32,000 nt of DNA from Ferroglobus placidus DSM 10642 (GCF_000025505.1 NC_013849.1:990001-1022000), one strand, 5' to 3'. Counted from the first letter of the stretch, positions 9,409 to 18,890 are shown. Notes: generated from the letters alone by a model not told the origin. Numbers and translations: made by a program.

Positions 9409-9943
9409 AGAGAGATTCGTGGAAATTCCAGAAGGCGTTGAGGTGGAAGTTGACGGAAACGATGTGGCAGGATACAGAGTGAAGGCGAAAGGACCCCTCG
9501 GAGAGAACGAGAGAGTTCTAAAGTTCAGGGGGGTTTACATAGAAAAGCTGGACGGCAAAGTTAGAGTTTTCACGAACAACAAGAGGAAAAAGCTTAAGGC
9601 GATGGTTGGCACCTTTGCGACGCATATAGAAAACCTCGTTAGAGGAGTCAAAGAGGGTTTCGAATACAAGCTCAAAATCGTTTACTCTCACTTCCCGATG
9701 AAGGTTAGGGTTGAAGGTAATGAAGTCGTAATCGAAAACTTCCTCGGAGAAAAGCATCCGAGGAGAGCTAAGATAGTCGGTAGAGCTAAGGTAACGGTAT
9801 CCGGAAACGAAATAACCGTGAGCGGAATAGACATCGAAGAGTGCGGGCAGACTGCCGCGAACATCGAACAGGCTACGAGGATAAAGAGGTTGGATGTCAG
9901 AGTATTTCAGGACGGTATTTACATAGTTAAAAAGCCCGACTGA
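9392..9943 (+). CDS. rpl6: 50S ribosomal protein uL6
   Basis: [12 protein letters not shown] and two-domain uL6 pattern. Start is uncertain. TTG 9392 lies 6 nt after GGGGGGTG; GTG 9383 is the track start. Either choice overlaps the rps8 3' end. Confidence 0.9.
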   Translation: MLTSIEERFVEIPEGVEVEVDGNDVAGYRVKAKGPLGENERVLKFRGVYIEKLDGKVRVFTNNKRKKLKAMVGTFATHIENLVRGVKEGFEYKLKIVYSHFPMKVRVEGNEVVIENFLGEKHPRRAKIVGRAKVTVSGNEITVSGIDIEECGQTAANIEQATRIKRLDVRVFQDGIYIVKKPD

Positions 9944-9952
9944 GGTGATAGC

Positions 9953-10360
9953 ATGGCGAAGCTCAGCAAGGAGCAAATAAGACTCCTGAAGGTTAGGAGG
10001 GTTATAAAATCCAAAAAGCCCGAATTCAGACACTTCGCCTGGAGAACAAAGTTAAAGTTAAGGAGACTCGGCTGGAGGAGACCGAGGGGGAGGCACAACA
10101 AGTGGAGGCTGAGAATAGGAGGGAAGTGGAGCGGAATGTATCACCCTTCTCCAGCTTTCAGCTCGCCAAAACTCGTTAGAGGATTGCACCCAAGCGGATA
10201 CGAAGAAGTTCTCATTTACAACGTCAAGGACCTTGAAAAGATAGATCCCGAACGACAGGCTGCAAGAATAGCGTCGTGTGTCGGTTTAAAGAAGAGGCTT
10301 CAGATTGAGGAGAAAGCTAAGGAGCTTAACATCGTAATCCTCAATCCGACTAAAAGGTGA
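9953..10360 (+). CDS. rpl32e: 50S ribosomal protein eL32
   Basis: WRRPRGRHNKWR and GLHPSGYEEVLIYN blocks. SD GAGGTGA upstream. Confidence 0.93.
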   Translation: MAKLSKEQIRLLKVRRVIKSKKPEFRHFAWRTKLKLRRLGWRRPRGRHNKWRLRIGGKWSGMYHPSPAFSSPKLVRGLHPSGYEEVLIYNVKDLEKIDPERQAARIASCVGLKKRLQIEEKAKELNIVILNPTKR

Positions 10361-10365
10361 TGGCA

Positions 10366-10812
10366 ATGGATTTGAGGTTCCAAAGAAGATTGGCAGCTGA
10401 AGTTCTCGATTGCGGAATGAACAGAGTTTGGTTCGATCCGGATGCTTTGGAGGAAATAGCAGCTGCTGCAACGAAGGAGGACATAAGAGAGCTGATAGAG
10501 AGAGGACTCATTAAGAGAAAGCCGGTAAAAGGGGTTTGCAGAGTTAGAATCAACAAAAGAAAAGCTCAAAAGAGAAAAGGTAGAAGAAGGGGTCACGGAA
10601 GGAGAAAAGGAAAGGCTACTGCAAGAATGCCGAGAAAAAGGGCTTGGATAATCAGAATCAGAGCTTTGAGGAGGAGGTTGAAGTTCCTCAAAGAGAAAGG
10701 CGTTCTCGACAGCAGGACTTACAGAATGTTGTACAGGAAAGCCAAGGGAGGAGAGTTCAGGAGCGTGTCTCACCTAAACGCTTACCTCAAGAGTATTGGA
10801 GTGCTGAGGTGA
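10366..10812 (+). CDS. rpl19e: 50S ribosomal protein eL19
   Basis: [32 protein letters not shown] at 10355-10359 lies 6 nt before ATG 10366; the track starts at GTG 10357. Confidence 0.93.
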   Translation: MDLRFQRRLAAEVLDCGMNRVWFDPDALEEIAAAATKEDIRELIERGLIKRKPVKGVCRVRINKRKAQKRKGRRRGHGRRKGKATARMPRKRAWIIRIRALRRRLKFLKEKGVLDSRTYRMLYRKAKGGEFRSVSHLNAYLKSIGVLR

Positions 10813-10816
10813 TAGT

Positions 10817-11374
10817 TTGGCGAGAGGACCAAGGTATAAAGTTCCCTACAGGAGAAGGAGAGAAGGAAAAACGAACTACAGAAAGAGGTTAAAGCTGCTC
10901 CTCTCAAGAAAGCCGAGGTTAGTTGTGAGAATAACGAATCGATACGTGATAGCTCAAATAATCGAATACCATCCAGACGGTGACAGAGTCCTCGTTCACG
11001 TTGACTCTAAGGAGCTTGAGAAGTACGGATGGAAAGGCGATCCGAACAACACTCCCGCGGCATACTTAACAGGACTGCTCGTCGGAAAGAAAGCCCTCGA
11101 AAAAGGAATTAAAGAGGCTATACTCGACATAGGCTTGAGATCCCCAACCAAAGGTGCGAGAGTTTTCGCTGTGCTTAAAGGAGCTGTTGATGCAGGAATG
11201 GAGATACCCCACGATCCCGAGATATTTCCAGACGAATCGAGGATAAGGGGAGAGCACATAGCGGAATACTACAAAATGAAGCCTGAAATGTTCTCAGAAT
11301 ACGAGAAAAGAGGTTTGTCTCCAGCTGATTTACCTCAACATTTTGAAGAAGTAAAAAGCAAGATAATGGGGTGA
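10817..11374 (+). CDS. rpl18: 50S ribosomal protein uL18
   Basis: [31 protein letters not shown] start preceded by GAGGTGAT. Confidence 0.95.
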   Translation: MARGPRYKVPYRRRREGKTNYRKRLKLLLSRKPRLVVRITNRYVIAQIIEYHPDGDRVLVHVDSKELEKYGWKGDPNNTPAAYLTGLLVGKKALEKGIKEAILDIGLRSPTKGARVFAVLKGAVDAGMEIPHDPEIFPDESRIRGEHIAEYYKMKPEMFSEYEKRGLSPADLPQHFEEVKSKIMG

Positions 11375-11379
11375 TCTAA

Positions 11380-11970
11380 TTGGAGTGGACACCAAGAACG
11401 AAACTCGGAAAGCTCGTGGCTGAAGGAAAGATCAAAACACTTGAAGAAGCTTTAGCGAGCGGATTACCATTAAAAGAAGTTGAGATAGTCGACACTCTTC
11501 TTCCAGACCTTGAGGATGAGATACTCGAAATTTCGATGGTGCAGAGAATGACGGACAGCGGTAGAAGAACGAAGTTTAGGGTAACTGCCGTCGTTGGAAA
11601 CAGAAACGGATTTGTCGGAGTTGGAGTAGGTAAAGCTGCTCAGGTTGCTCAGGCAATCCAGAAAGCCATAAAGGACGCGAAGCTCAACATATTCAAAGTT
11701 GAGATGGGCTGCGGCTCCTGGGAGTGCGGATGCGGAGGAAAGCACAGCATTCCAGCAAAAGTTACCGGTTCGGCTGGAAGCGTTAGAGTCACATTAATCC
11801 CCGGTCCAAAAGGACTGGGGCTTGTTGCCGGAGACGTGGCTAAGAAGGTTCTCGAATTGGCTGGAGTAAAAGACGTGTGGTCTTTCACGAGGGGACAGAC
11901 GAAAACGACGATAAACTTCGCTAAAGCGACATTCGAAGCTTTGAAGAAGACCGTTTATCTTAAGAGGTGA
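11380..11970 (+). CDS. rps5: 30S ribosomal protein uS5
   Basis: [14 protein letters not shown] and [11 protein letters not shown] blocks. TTG start preceded by GGGGTGATC. Confidence 0.95.
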   Translation: MEWTPRTKLGKLVAEGKIKTLEEALASGLPLKEVEIVDTLLPDLEDEILEISMVQRMTDSGRRTKFRVTAVVGNRNGFVGVGVGKAAQVAQAIQKAIKDAKLNIFKVEMGCGSWECGCGGKHSIPAKVTGSAGSVRVTLIPGPKGLGLVAGDVAKKVLELAGVKDVWSFTRGQTKTTINFAKATFEALKKTVYLKR

Positions 11971-11975
11971 TGAAA

Positions 11976-12434
11976 ATGCTCGCTGTTGTCAGGCTCAGAG
12001 GAACGATTGGCGTTAACAGAAAAATTGAAGATACGCTGAAGATGCTCAGATTGCACAAGAAGTACCACTGCGTGGTCATTCCGGACACTCCTTCCTATAG
12101 AGGAATGCTTCAAGTGGTGAAGGATTACGTGGCTTACGGAGAGATAGATGCGGAAACTTTGGCAATGCTCTTAAGGAATAGGGGAAGGTTAAAGGGAGAT
12201 AGGAAGTTGACGGACGAATACGTCAAGGAAAAAACCGGATACGAAAGCATAGAGGAATTTGCGAAAGCCGTTGTGGAAGGAAAAGCGAGTTTGAAAGACT
12301 TGCCGGATTTAAAACCCGTTTTCAGACTTCATCCGCCGAGGGGAGGTTTGAAGAGTATAAAAAGACCCTACGGTTACGGAGGAGATTTGGGATACCACAA
12401 GGAGATTAAGAAACTCCTTTACAAGATGAGGTGA
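11976..12434 (+). CDS. rpl30: 50S ribosomal protein uL30
   Basis: [35 protein letters not shown] at 11963-11969 lies 6 nt before ATG 11976. Alternatives are ATG 11970 and GTG 11967. Confidence 0.92.
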   Translation: MLAVVRLRGTIGVNRKIEDTLKMLRLHKKYHCVVIPDTPSYRGMLQVVKDYVAYGEIDAETLAMLLRNRGRLKGDRKLTDEYVKEKTGYESIEEFAKAVVEGKASLKDLPDLKPVFRLHPPRGGLKSIKRPYGYGGDLGYHKEIKKLLYKMR

Positions 12435-12439
12435 CGCTC

Positions 12440-12970
12440 ATGCCGAAAAAGAAAGTGAAGAAGTATAGGGGATCAAAAACCTGCGGAGGAGGAGCTAAAA
12501 AGAAGAGGAGAGGAGGAGGTAGCAGAGGAGGAAGAGGAAACGCTGGAGTGCACAAGCACAAGTACATAAAGTTCGTCAAGCTTGCAAAAGAGGGACTGTA
12601 CGAGTTTGGAAAGCACGGCTTTAACAGACCGAAGGTCGTCAGAGCAGAATACAAAGCCTTAAGAGAGCTGAAGCTCAGACTAAGAGAACTTAAAGATGAG
12701 GGAATTTTAGACGATGAGCTCTACAGGTTTTTCGACGCAAGAGAGGAAATAAACGTGGGAGATCTGGACATAGTTGTCGACAGACTCGTTGAAGTGGGAT
12801 TGGCAAAGAAGGAGGGAGAAGTTTACGAGGTAAACCTCGGCGAAATCGGCTACGAAAAGCTCCTCGGGGCTGGAAGGATAACCAAGCCGGTAAAAGTTGT
12901 CGTGAGCTACGCCACTCCGAAGGCAATTGAGAAAATCGAGGCTGCTGGAGGAGAAGTGGTGAGCAGCTGA
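12440..12970 (+). CDS. rpl15: 50S ribosomal protein uL15
   Basis: KYRGSKTCGGG plus a G/R-rich N-terminal region. SD GAGGTGA at 12428-12434 lies 5 nt before ATG 12440; the track starts at GTG 12431. Confidence 0.93.
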   Translation: MPKKKVKKYRGSKTCGGGAKKKRRGGGSRGGRGNAGVHKHKYIKFVKLAKEGLYEFGKHGFNRPKVVRAEYKALRELKLRLRELKDEGILDDELYRFFDAREEINVGDLDIVVDRLVEVGLAKKEGEVYEVNLGEIGYEKLLGAGRITKPVKVVVSYATPKAIEKIEAAGGEVVSS

Positions 12971-14448
12971 TGGTGGAGGAGATTCTAAGGAAACTTCAAC
13001 CCTATTTTGAAAGAATTCCGAGCGTCGAAAGACCAAAACAACACGTTCCTTTCAGGCAAAAGCTCGCCTGGACGGTAGGAATCCTAATTTTATATTTCGC
13101 TTTAACAAACGTCCCAGTTTTCGGTCTGGATCCATCGTCGATTGACCTTTTCGCCCAGTTTAGGGCGTTGTTCGCCGGAGCCGGAGGATCTATTTTAGCT
13201 TTAGGAATTGGTCCAATCGTTACAGCCAGCATTATCCTTCAGCTACTCGTCGGAGCTGGAATCATAAAGCTCGATCTGACAAAACCAGAGGACAGAGCAG
13301 CCTATCAGGACTTTCAGAGGTTCTTAGTTTTCGTGATGATCGCCTTCGAAGCTCTCGTATTGATATTTAGCAGGTCGATGATCCCGAACGCTCAAATTGC
13401 CGCCCAGCTCGGAGTTCCCCTTTCCTTCATCACGTTCCTCATATTCTTTCAGCTCTTCATAGGAGGAGTTTTAATCGTCTACATGGACGAAGTAGTTTCA
13501 AAGTGGGGAATAGGAAGCGGAGTTTCGCTCTTCATATTAGCCGGGATTTCTCAGGCTATTATAACTGGACTGTTTAACTGGGTCGTTCCTCCAAACTCTC
13601 AGTTGCCAGCTGGAATTATCCCGAGGTGGGTGTGGATAGCCCAGAATTACGGAGCAAACGTCCTTTCGGCGGACGGATTGATGTTCCTCCTGATAGATGG
13701 TGGAGTTCTCGCTTTAATAACGACCATCGCAATAATATTTCTCGTCGTCTACGCTGAAGGAACCAGAGTCGAAATTCCCTTGGCTCACGCAGCCGTGAGG
13801 GGGGCGAGGGGGAGATTCCCAATAAAGCTAATCTACGCGAGCGTTCTCCCGATGATATTCGTCAGAGCCTTGCAAGCGAACATTCAAATAATAGGAATGA
13901 TGCTCTACCAGAGAGGAATAACGATCTTCGGAGAGTACGTAGGTTCGCAGCCTGTGAGCGGAATAATGTACTTGCTTTCTCCAGTTCAAAGTCCCTACGA
14001 CTGGGTTCCCGCTTTAGTTAAAACAAATCCCATTTTCGCAGACTTGCCCGACTGGATGATAATCTTGAGGCTGTTAATCGACGCCACCATACTTATAGCA
14101 GGAGGTATATTGTTCGCCATATTCTGGGTCGAGACGAGCGGAATGGATGCTAAAACCGTTGCAAGTCAAATTGCAAAAAGTGGAATGCAGATTCCAGGAT
14201 TCAGAAGAAATCCACAGGTTATAGAGAGGCTCCTCGAAAGATACATTCCGAAGGTAACGATAATTGGTGGAGCTGCCATAGGAGTTCTGACGTTAATAGC
14301 CAACATGCTCGGAACTATCGGTAACGTGAGCGGAACCGGATTGCTTTTGGCTGTGAGCATAGCCTACAGGTTCTACCAAGACTTAGCCAAAGAGCAGCTT
14401 ACGGAAATGCACCCGCTCCTCAGGAGATTCATCGGTGAAGAGGTATGA
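12970..14448 (+). CDS. secY: Preprotein translocase subunit SecY
   Basis: 492 aa polytopic membrane protein with SecY blocks GIGPIVTASIILQLL, VYMDEVVSKWGIGSGVSLFI and IPGFRRNPQ. Canonical position after rpl15. Confidence 0.96.
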   Translation: MVEEILRKLQPYFERIPSVERPKQHVPFRQKLAWTVGILILYFALTNVPVFGLDPSSIDLFAQFRALFAGAGGSILALGIGPIVTASIILQLLVGAGIIKLDLTKPEDRAAYQDFQRFLVFVMIAFEALVLIFSRSMIPNAQIAAQLGVPLSFITFLIFFQLFIGGVLIVYMDEVVSKWGIGSGVSLFILAGISQAIITGLFNWVVPPNSQLPAGIIPRWVWIAQNYGANVLSADGLMFLLIDGGVLALITTIAIIFLVVYAEGTRVEIPLAHAAVRGARGRFPIKLIYASVLPMIFVRALQANIQIIGMMLYQRGITIFGEYVGSQPVSGIMYLLSPVQSPYDWVPALVKTNPIFADLPDWMIILRLLIDATILIAGGILFAIFWVETSGMDAKTVASQIAKSGMQIPGFRRNPQVIERLLERYIPKVTIIGGAAIGVLTLIANMLGTIGNVSGTGLLLAVSIAYRFYQDLAKEQLTEMHPLLRRFIGEEV

Positions 14449-15026
14449 AGAAGTTTTTCAAAAACTTCGTAATGGCATTGGCAATAGTTATGTTCGTCGG
14501 AGTGGCTTTCAGTAGCGAGTTTAGAAAAGGACTGGGAAATCTCTTAGCTCCTCTTTTAGACCCCCTCTTAAACGTTTTACCGTTTCACGTAGTCGTAATG
14601 ATCCTCGCTTTTTTCACAGGTCTCTACTCCACGCTAATTCAGAAGTACACAATCGATTATAAGAGGTTGAAGGAGATCCAGCAGAGGGTGATGAACTTTC
14701 AGAAAGAATATATGGACGCTGTAAAGAAGAACCTGAAACCAAAGCTGAAGAAGCTTGAAGAGGAGCAAATGGAAATTCAGAAACTTCAAGGAGAAATGTT
14801 CAGCATGCAGATGACTTCTATGCTTTTCGTGATAGTTGTAACGATACCGATATTCATGTGGATGTATCACGCCGCTTCTCTCGACTTCGAAGTTGTGGCT
14901 CCTTTTGCTGGCAAAATCCACATCTCTCAATACTACCTCATCTTCCCCTGGTGGATATGGTGGTACATGTTCAATTCTATAATCTTCGGGCAGTTGGTTA
15001 GAAAAGCTTTGAAAGTAGGCTTATGA
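14445..15026 (+). CDS. DUF106 membrane protein (archaeal YidC/Oxa1/EMC3-like insertase, MJ0480 family)
   Basis: 193 aa. It has three hydrophobic segments with a long charged coiled-coil hairpin (KRLKEIQQR...KLKKLEEEQMEIQKLQ) between TM1 and TM2. ATGA overlap with secY. This topology and neighbourhood match the MJ0480-type family. Confidence 0.75.
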   Translation: MKKFFKNFVMALAIVMFVGVAFSSEFRKGLGNLLAPLLDPLLNVLPFHVVVMILAFFTGLYSTLIQKYTIDYKRLKEIQQRVMNFQKEYMDAVKKNLKPKLKKLEEEQMEIQKLQGEMFSMQMTSMLFVIVVTIPIFMWMYHAASLDFEVVAPFAGKIHISQYYLIFPWWIWWYMFNSIIFGQLVRKALKVGL

Positions 15027-15559
15027 GGGTGACCATCTCCGGCTTACCGGGAAGTGGAACTACGACGGTAGCTAAAATTTTAGCTGAAAGGTTGAACTGC
15101 AAGCTAATCTCCGCTGGGGAAGTGTTTAGAAAAATGGCAAAAGATCTCGGAATGAGTCTGGAAGAGTTCAGCGAGTACGCAAGAAAAAATCCCGAAATAG
15201 ACAGAAAACTCGACGAACTTCAAAAAGAACTTGCTGAAAAAGAGAATGATGTTGTCGTCGAAGGAAGGCTTTCGGGTTGGTTTGTTAATGCGGATCTGAA
15301 AGTCTGGATTTACTGCGAAGATGAGGAGAGGTACAGAAGGGTTGCGAAGAGGGAAAAGCTGAGTTACGAGGAAGCCAAGAGAAGAACGATGGAAAGAGAA
15401 AGGATCGAGAAGGAAAGGTATAAAAAGTTCTACGGAATAGACATAGAAGACCTAAAGATCTACGACATAGCCATAAACTCCGGCAAGTTCAAGCCGGAGG
15501 AGATAGTGGAAATAATACTCAGAGCGATAGAGTTGAAAGGCTATGGAAATAAACGATAG
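15023..15559 (+). CDS. cmk: Cytidylate kinase, archaeal type
   Basis: P-loop ISGLPGSGTTTVAKILAERL, then SAGEVFR and VVVEGRLSGW. Length and cluster position match archaeal Cmk. Confidence 0.88.
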   Translation: MRVTISGLPGSGTTTVAKILAERLNCKLISAGEVFRKMAKDLGMSLEEFSEYARKNPEIDRKLDELQKELAEKENDVVVEGRLSGWFVNADLKVWIYCEDEERYRRVAKREKLSYEEAKRRTMERERIEKERYKKFYGIDIEDLKIYDIAINSGKFKPEEIVEIILRAIELKGYGNKR

Positions 15560-16550
15560 GTTTCTCGTAAAAGATGAAGCCAAACCTTCAGAAGAGTACG
15601 GATGCTACCCCTACAACAGACCTATTCAGGAGTATATAAGAAAGGGGTTCGTTCTAATAGACAAGCCGAAGGGACCAACGAGTCACGAGGTTGTTGTCTG
15701 GGTTAGAAAGATTCTCGAAGTTGAAAAAACGGGACACGCCGGAACTTTAGATCCGAAGGTTACGGGTGTTTTGCCGGTATTCATAGAGCAGGCTACGAAG
15801 CTCGTTCAGTTTTTACAAGGTTCGGAGAAGGAATACGTGGCTTTAATGAGACTGCACGGTGACGTAAGCGAAAGGGAGCTAAGAAAAGTTTTCGAGCTTT
15901 TTAAAGGAAAAATCTACCAGCGACCTCCGCTAAAGTCGGCTGTGAAAAAGAGGTTAAGAGTTAGAGAAATCTACGACATCGAAATACTGGAGATAGATGG
16001 GAGGGACGTTCTCTTTAGAGTCGTCTGCGAGGCTGGAACTTACGTTAGAAAGCTCTGCACAGACATAGGTGAAATTCTCGGTGTTGGAGCCCACATGCAG
16101 GAGCTCAGGAGAATAAGAACGGGGATATTCACCGAAGAAAAATGCTACACCCTCCAAGATCTACTTGATGCTTACATATTCTGGAAGGAGGAAGGAGAGG
16201 AGGAGTACCTCAGAGAGATAATCCAGCCGATGGAGCTGGCTGTCGCAAACATACCGAAGATAATAATTAAAGATACAGCCGTCGATGCCATCTGCCACGG
16301 TGCGAGCCTAACGGCGAAGGGAGTCGCTTACGTCGAAAAGAACGTGAAAAAAGGAGAGAGAGTTGCAATATTCACGCTAAAGCAGGAACTCGTTGCCATA
16401 GGGAGATCCAATTACGACGCTGAAGACATATTAAAAATAAGGGGAGGCATCGTTGCGGAAATAGAGAGGGTTATTATGGAAAGAGGCACGTATCCCTCCT
16501 ACTGGAAGAAAAAGAAAGAAAAACAAGTTACTCCAGAACGATCTTTCTGA
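15543..16550 (+). CDS. cbf5: H/ACA RNP pseudouridine synthase Cbf5 (TruB family)
   Basis: IDKPKGPTSHEVV and the catalytic-Asp motif GHAGTLDPKVTGVL, plus a C-terminal PUA-like region. Overlaps cmk by 17 nt. Confidence 0.95.
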   Translation: MEINDRFLVKDEAKPSEEYGCYPYNRPIQEYIRKGFVLIDKPKGPTSHEVVVWVRKILEVEKTGHAGTLDPKVTGVLPVFIEQATKLVQFLQGSEKEYVALMRLHGDVSERELRKVFELFKGKIYQRPPLKSAVKKRLRVREIYDIEILEIDGRDVLFRVVCEAGTYVRKLCTDIGEILGVGAHMQELRRIRTGIFTEEKCYTLQDLLDAYIFWKEEGEEEYLREIIQPMELAVANIPKIIIKDTAVDAICHGASLTAKGVAYVEKNVKKGERVAIFTLKQELVAIGRSNYDAEDILKIRGGIVAEIERVIMERGTYPSYWKKKKEKQVTPERSF

Positions 16551-17247
16551 TTCCATGAGGATCGATTCTGTTCATAAGTTCTATTTCCTCCTCAGTTGGT
16601 GGAGGAGTTGTTGGAGCGTCGTTAACCTCGAACTCGGTTTTCTCTTTAATTTCCTTGTAACTGCTCCATGGGTGTATCGTGTCAACAACAAGTTTCCCAG
16701 CCTTTTCATCGAATTTGAATATGCACAGAGGTGAAACAACTCTGTAGGGCTTTCCTGCAGCCGTTATTCTTTGAACTTCCTTAACGAATATCCTCCTATC
16801 ATGTTTACCCTGCCAGACAATGGGTCTTCTCGCTGTGGCGTGAAGTAAAGCTCCTCCAGCTCCTCCGGGGAACTGAATTCTTTTACCATTTATGTAGACA
16901 TGGCTGTTGTTCAAATAGCCGCGTTGATCGATTTGCGCTCCAGCTAAGAAGACGACATCAAGTTCTCCTCTTGCTGAGATGTCGAAAAGCTCAGCCAGTT
17001 GAAGTTTAGCATCGCAATACTTTGAAATCCAGGGATGGACGGTGGACATCGGCAGATGCTTCGGGTTTGGATTGTAGCCAACTATGGAATACCAGATTAA
17101 ATCGGGGTTGTAGAGTTTTTTAGCGATAACTATTGCCATAAAAGGCAAGAAGCTCGCAACTCCCATGAAAGCGCTTTCAGCATCTTTCAACAATCTCGCC
17201 ATCGCTGAGATCATGTAGTTAGCCTTATCAAGGGTCGTGAAGCTCAC
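16528..17247 (-). CDS. CoA-transferase family I, beta subunit (glutaconate/3-oxoacid CoA-transferase B-like)
   Basis: Similarity to GctB/AtoA-type subunits (NPDLIWYSIVGY..., FLAGAQIDQRGYLN, FPGGAGGA). Preferred start is GTG 17247, which forms a GTGA overlap with the subunit-A stop and follows SD GGAGGTGA (17259-17252). The track start ATG 17262 is the alternative. Confidence 0.8.
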   Translation of the reverse strand: MSFTTLDKANYMISAMARLLKDAESAFMGVASFLPFMAIVIAKKLYNPDLIWYSIVGYNPNPKHLPMSTVHPWISKYCDAKLQLAELFDISARGELDVVFLAGAQIDQRGYLNNSHVYINGKRIQFPGGAGGALLHATARRPIVWQGKHDRRIFVKEVQRITAAGKPYRVVSPLCIFKFDEKAGKLVVDTIHPWSSYKEIKEKTEFEVNDAPTTPPPTEEEIELMNRIDPHGIRKIVLE

Positions 17248-18029
17248 GGTCTCACCTCCCATATGTGTTTCTTCAACCCCTCCTCATCCAAATTCGCATA
17301 CTTCTCCATCATTTCAAAATCTGGATCGTAGTACGGAGGACAAGCCCCTGGATAGGCTCCTTTCGGCACTTCTACGACTGCAACAACTTTGTAACTTGGA
17401 ATCCAGACCGCATCAATATCCCTTCTCAAATCCTCCTTTGGAACTATCATTTCCGTCGTTAGAATTATCTTCTCAGCAGCTCTTGCCATCAAAACATCTT
17501 CAAACCAAGGTCCGTAGATTAAAGCGTTTCCGTCTTCATCAGCTTTCTGAACGTGGATTATCGCAAATTCGGGTTTTATCGCCGGAACCGTCAGAACCTT
17601 TCCCCCGCCATAGGGATTTTCCACAAACTTAAACCCCCTCTCCTTTACGAAGTAGCTCTTGCTTATGTCGGCTATTGGAATGAAAGGAATTCCATAGGCT
17701 GCCGCTCTCAAAGCTGCGATAACGGTGTAGCATGTATTTTCTGAGTACTTCACCCTTCCCTCCTCAACAGCTTTTCTGAAGTTCTTGGCAAGCCCAAAAG
17801 CTTCGAAGGAGACGAAGCCAGCTATAACTTCTTTAGCACAACCCAATCCACAAAGCAAGTCCACATCGTATCCTCCGGCGGTTTTCATAACCCTCAGATC
17901 TTTCTTCCCCTGTCTTGCAAGTTCTCTAACGAAAGCTGCCGGAATTCTGTAGAGGAGGTTCCCGCTAAGACATATCAAAGATCCGTCCTTTACTCGTTCC
18001 GCTGCCTCTTCAAGGGACATAACAACCAT
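17244..18029 (-). CDS. CoA-transferase family I, alpha subunit (glutaconate CoA-transferase A-like)
   Basis: SLEEAAERVKDGSLICLSG, and AALRAAAYGIPFIP, typical of GctA/AtoD-type subunits. ATG 18029; ATG 18020 is possible. Confidence 0.8.
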   Translation of the reverse strand: MVVMSLEEAAERVKDGSLICLSGNLLYRIPAAFVRELARQGKKDLRVMKTAGGYDVDLLCGLGCAKEVIAGFVSFEAFGLAKNFRKAVEEGRVKYSENTCYTVIAALRAAAYGIPFIPIADISKSYFVKERGFKFVENPYGGGKVLTVPAIKPEFAIIHVQKADEDGNALIYGPWFEDVLMARAAEKIILTTEMIVPKEDLRRDIDAVWIPSYKVVAVVEVPKGAYPGACPPYYDPDFEMMEKYANLDEEGLKKHIWEVRP

Positions 18030-18034
18030 GTTTT

Positions 18035-18059
18035 ATCGTTAACGATCAACTTATTTAAA
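18035..18059 (-). promoter_or_regulatory. Putative CoA-transferase promoter: TATA TTTAAATAA (18059-18051) plus perfect 12-bp palindrome ATCGTTAACGAT (18035-18046)
   Basis: The TATA centre is 26 nt upstream of ATG 18029 on the - strand. The palindrome sits between the TATA box and the start codon. Confidence 0.4.
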
Positions 18060-18095
18060 CTTCGTGGAAAAAGCGTGAGAAGAGGAGGTGAGTTC

Positions 18096-18120
18096 TTTTA
18101 AAGAAAAATATAAATATTTT
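18096..18120 (+). promoter_or_regulatory. Putative PCNA operon promoter (AT-rich TATA candidates TTTTAAAG / AAAATATAAATATTTT)
   Basis: This is the only strongly AT-rich tract in the 123-nt gap. It lies 33-57 nt upstream of ATG 18153, with GGGTGAT SD-like sequence at 18141-18147. Confidence 0.35.
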
Positions 18121-18152
18121 CCCCTGAAAGATTCAGTGAAGGGTGATGCGGG

Positions 18153-18890
18153 ATGATCACCGCAATTATGGGTGGAGACGTCATTAGAGCGGTGACGAGA
18201 GCGATGGTCGCCTTAGTTAGCGAAGCTCGTTTTCACTTCGCAGAGGACGGAATTCACTCTCGCGCCGTAGACCCGGCTAACGTGGCGATGGTGATAGTGG
18301 ACATCCCAAGGGAGCACATGGAAGCTTACAGCATAGACGAGGAGAAGACGGTAGGAGTGGACATAAACAGAGTTTACGACATCGCAAAGACCATAAAAAA
18401 GAAAGAAATAGTGGAAATTTCTTTAGAAGACGAAAGCAGAATGAAAATAAGGTTCGGAAGTGTGGAATACGTGCTCTCGCTAATAGATCCTTCAGCGATA
18501 AGGAAGGAGCCGAAAGTTCCAAATCTGGAGCTGCCAGCCAAAGTTGTGCTCGATGCCGGAGAGTTCAAAAAAGCGATACAGGCAGCAGATAAGATAAGCG
18601 ATCACGTTGTTTTCAGAAGTGACGAAACTGGATTTTACATAGAAGCGGAGGGTGACGTTGACAAGATCGTTTTCCACATGAGCGAAGCGGAGCTGATAGA
18701 GTTCAACAGAGCTGAAGCAAGAAGCATGTTCAGCGTAGAGTATCTCAAGGAGTTCGTTAAAATAGCTGAGGCTGGAGATCTCCTTACGATTTACCTCGGA
18801 AACAACTATCCGGTTAGACTCGTTTTCGAAGTAGCTGATGGGAAAGCAAAGGTTGAATACATCCTCGCCCCGAGAATTGAAGCAGAATGA
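18153..18890 (+). CDS. pcn: DNA polymerase sliding clamp PCNA
   Basis: 245 aa. ALVSEARFHF.EDGIHSRAVDPANVAMVIVDIP, SLIDPSAIRKEP and the C-terminal KVEYILAPRIEAE closely resemble Archaeoglobus PCNA as I recall it. Confidence 0.95.
   Translation: MITAIMGGDVIRAVTRAMVALVSEARFHFAEDGIHSRAVDPANVAMVIVDIPREHMEAYSIDEEKTVGVDINRVYDIAKTIKKKEIVEISLEDESRMKIRFGSVEYVLSLIDPSAIRKEPKVPNLELPAKVVLDAGEFKKAIQAADKISDHVVFRSDETGFYIEAEGDVDKIVFHMSEAELIEFNRAEARSMFSVEYLKEFVKIAEAGDLLTIYLGNNYPVRLVFEVADGKAKVEYILAPRIEAE

Noticed and set aside
9518-10773. 171-aa and 157-aa - strand ORFs (9518-10033, 10300-10773) antisense to rpl6/rpl32e/rpl19e
   Set aside because: They are shadow ORFs with Ser/Leu/Phe-rich junk translations opposite clear r-protein genes.
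12481-12540. Purine-rich GGAGGA/AGAGGA repetitive tract
   Set aside because: It encodes the normal Gly/Arg-rich N-terminal segment of uL15 and is not a DNA repeat element.
17237-17632. 131-aa + strand ORF inside the CoA-transferase A gene
   Set aside because: It is Pro/Ser/Leu-rich, lies antisense to a well-supported gene, and has no regulatory context.
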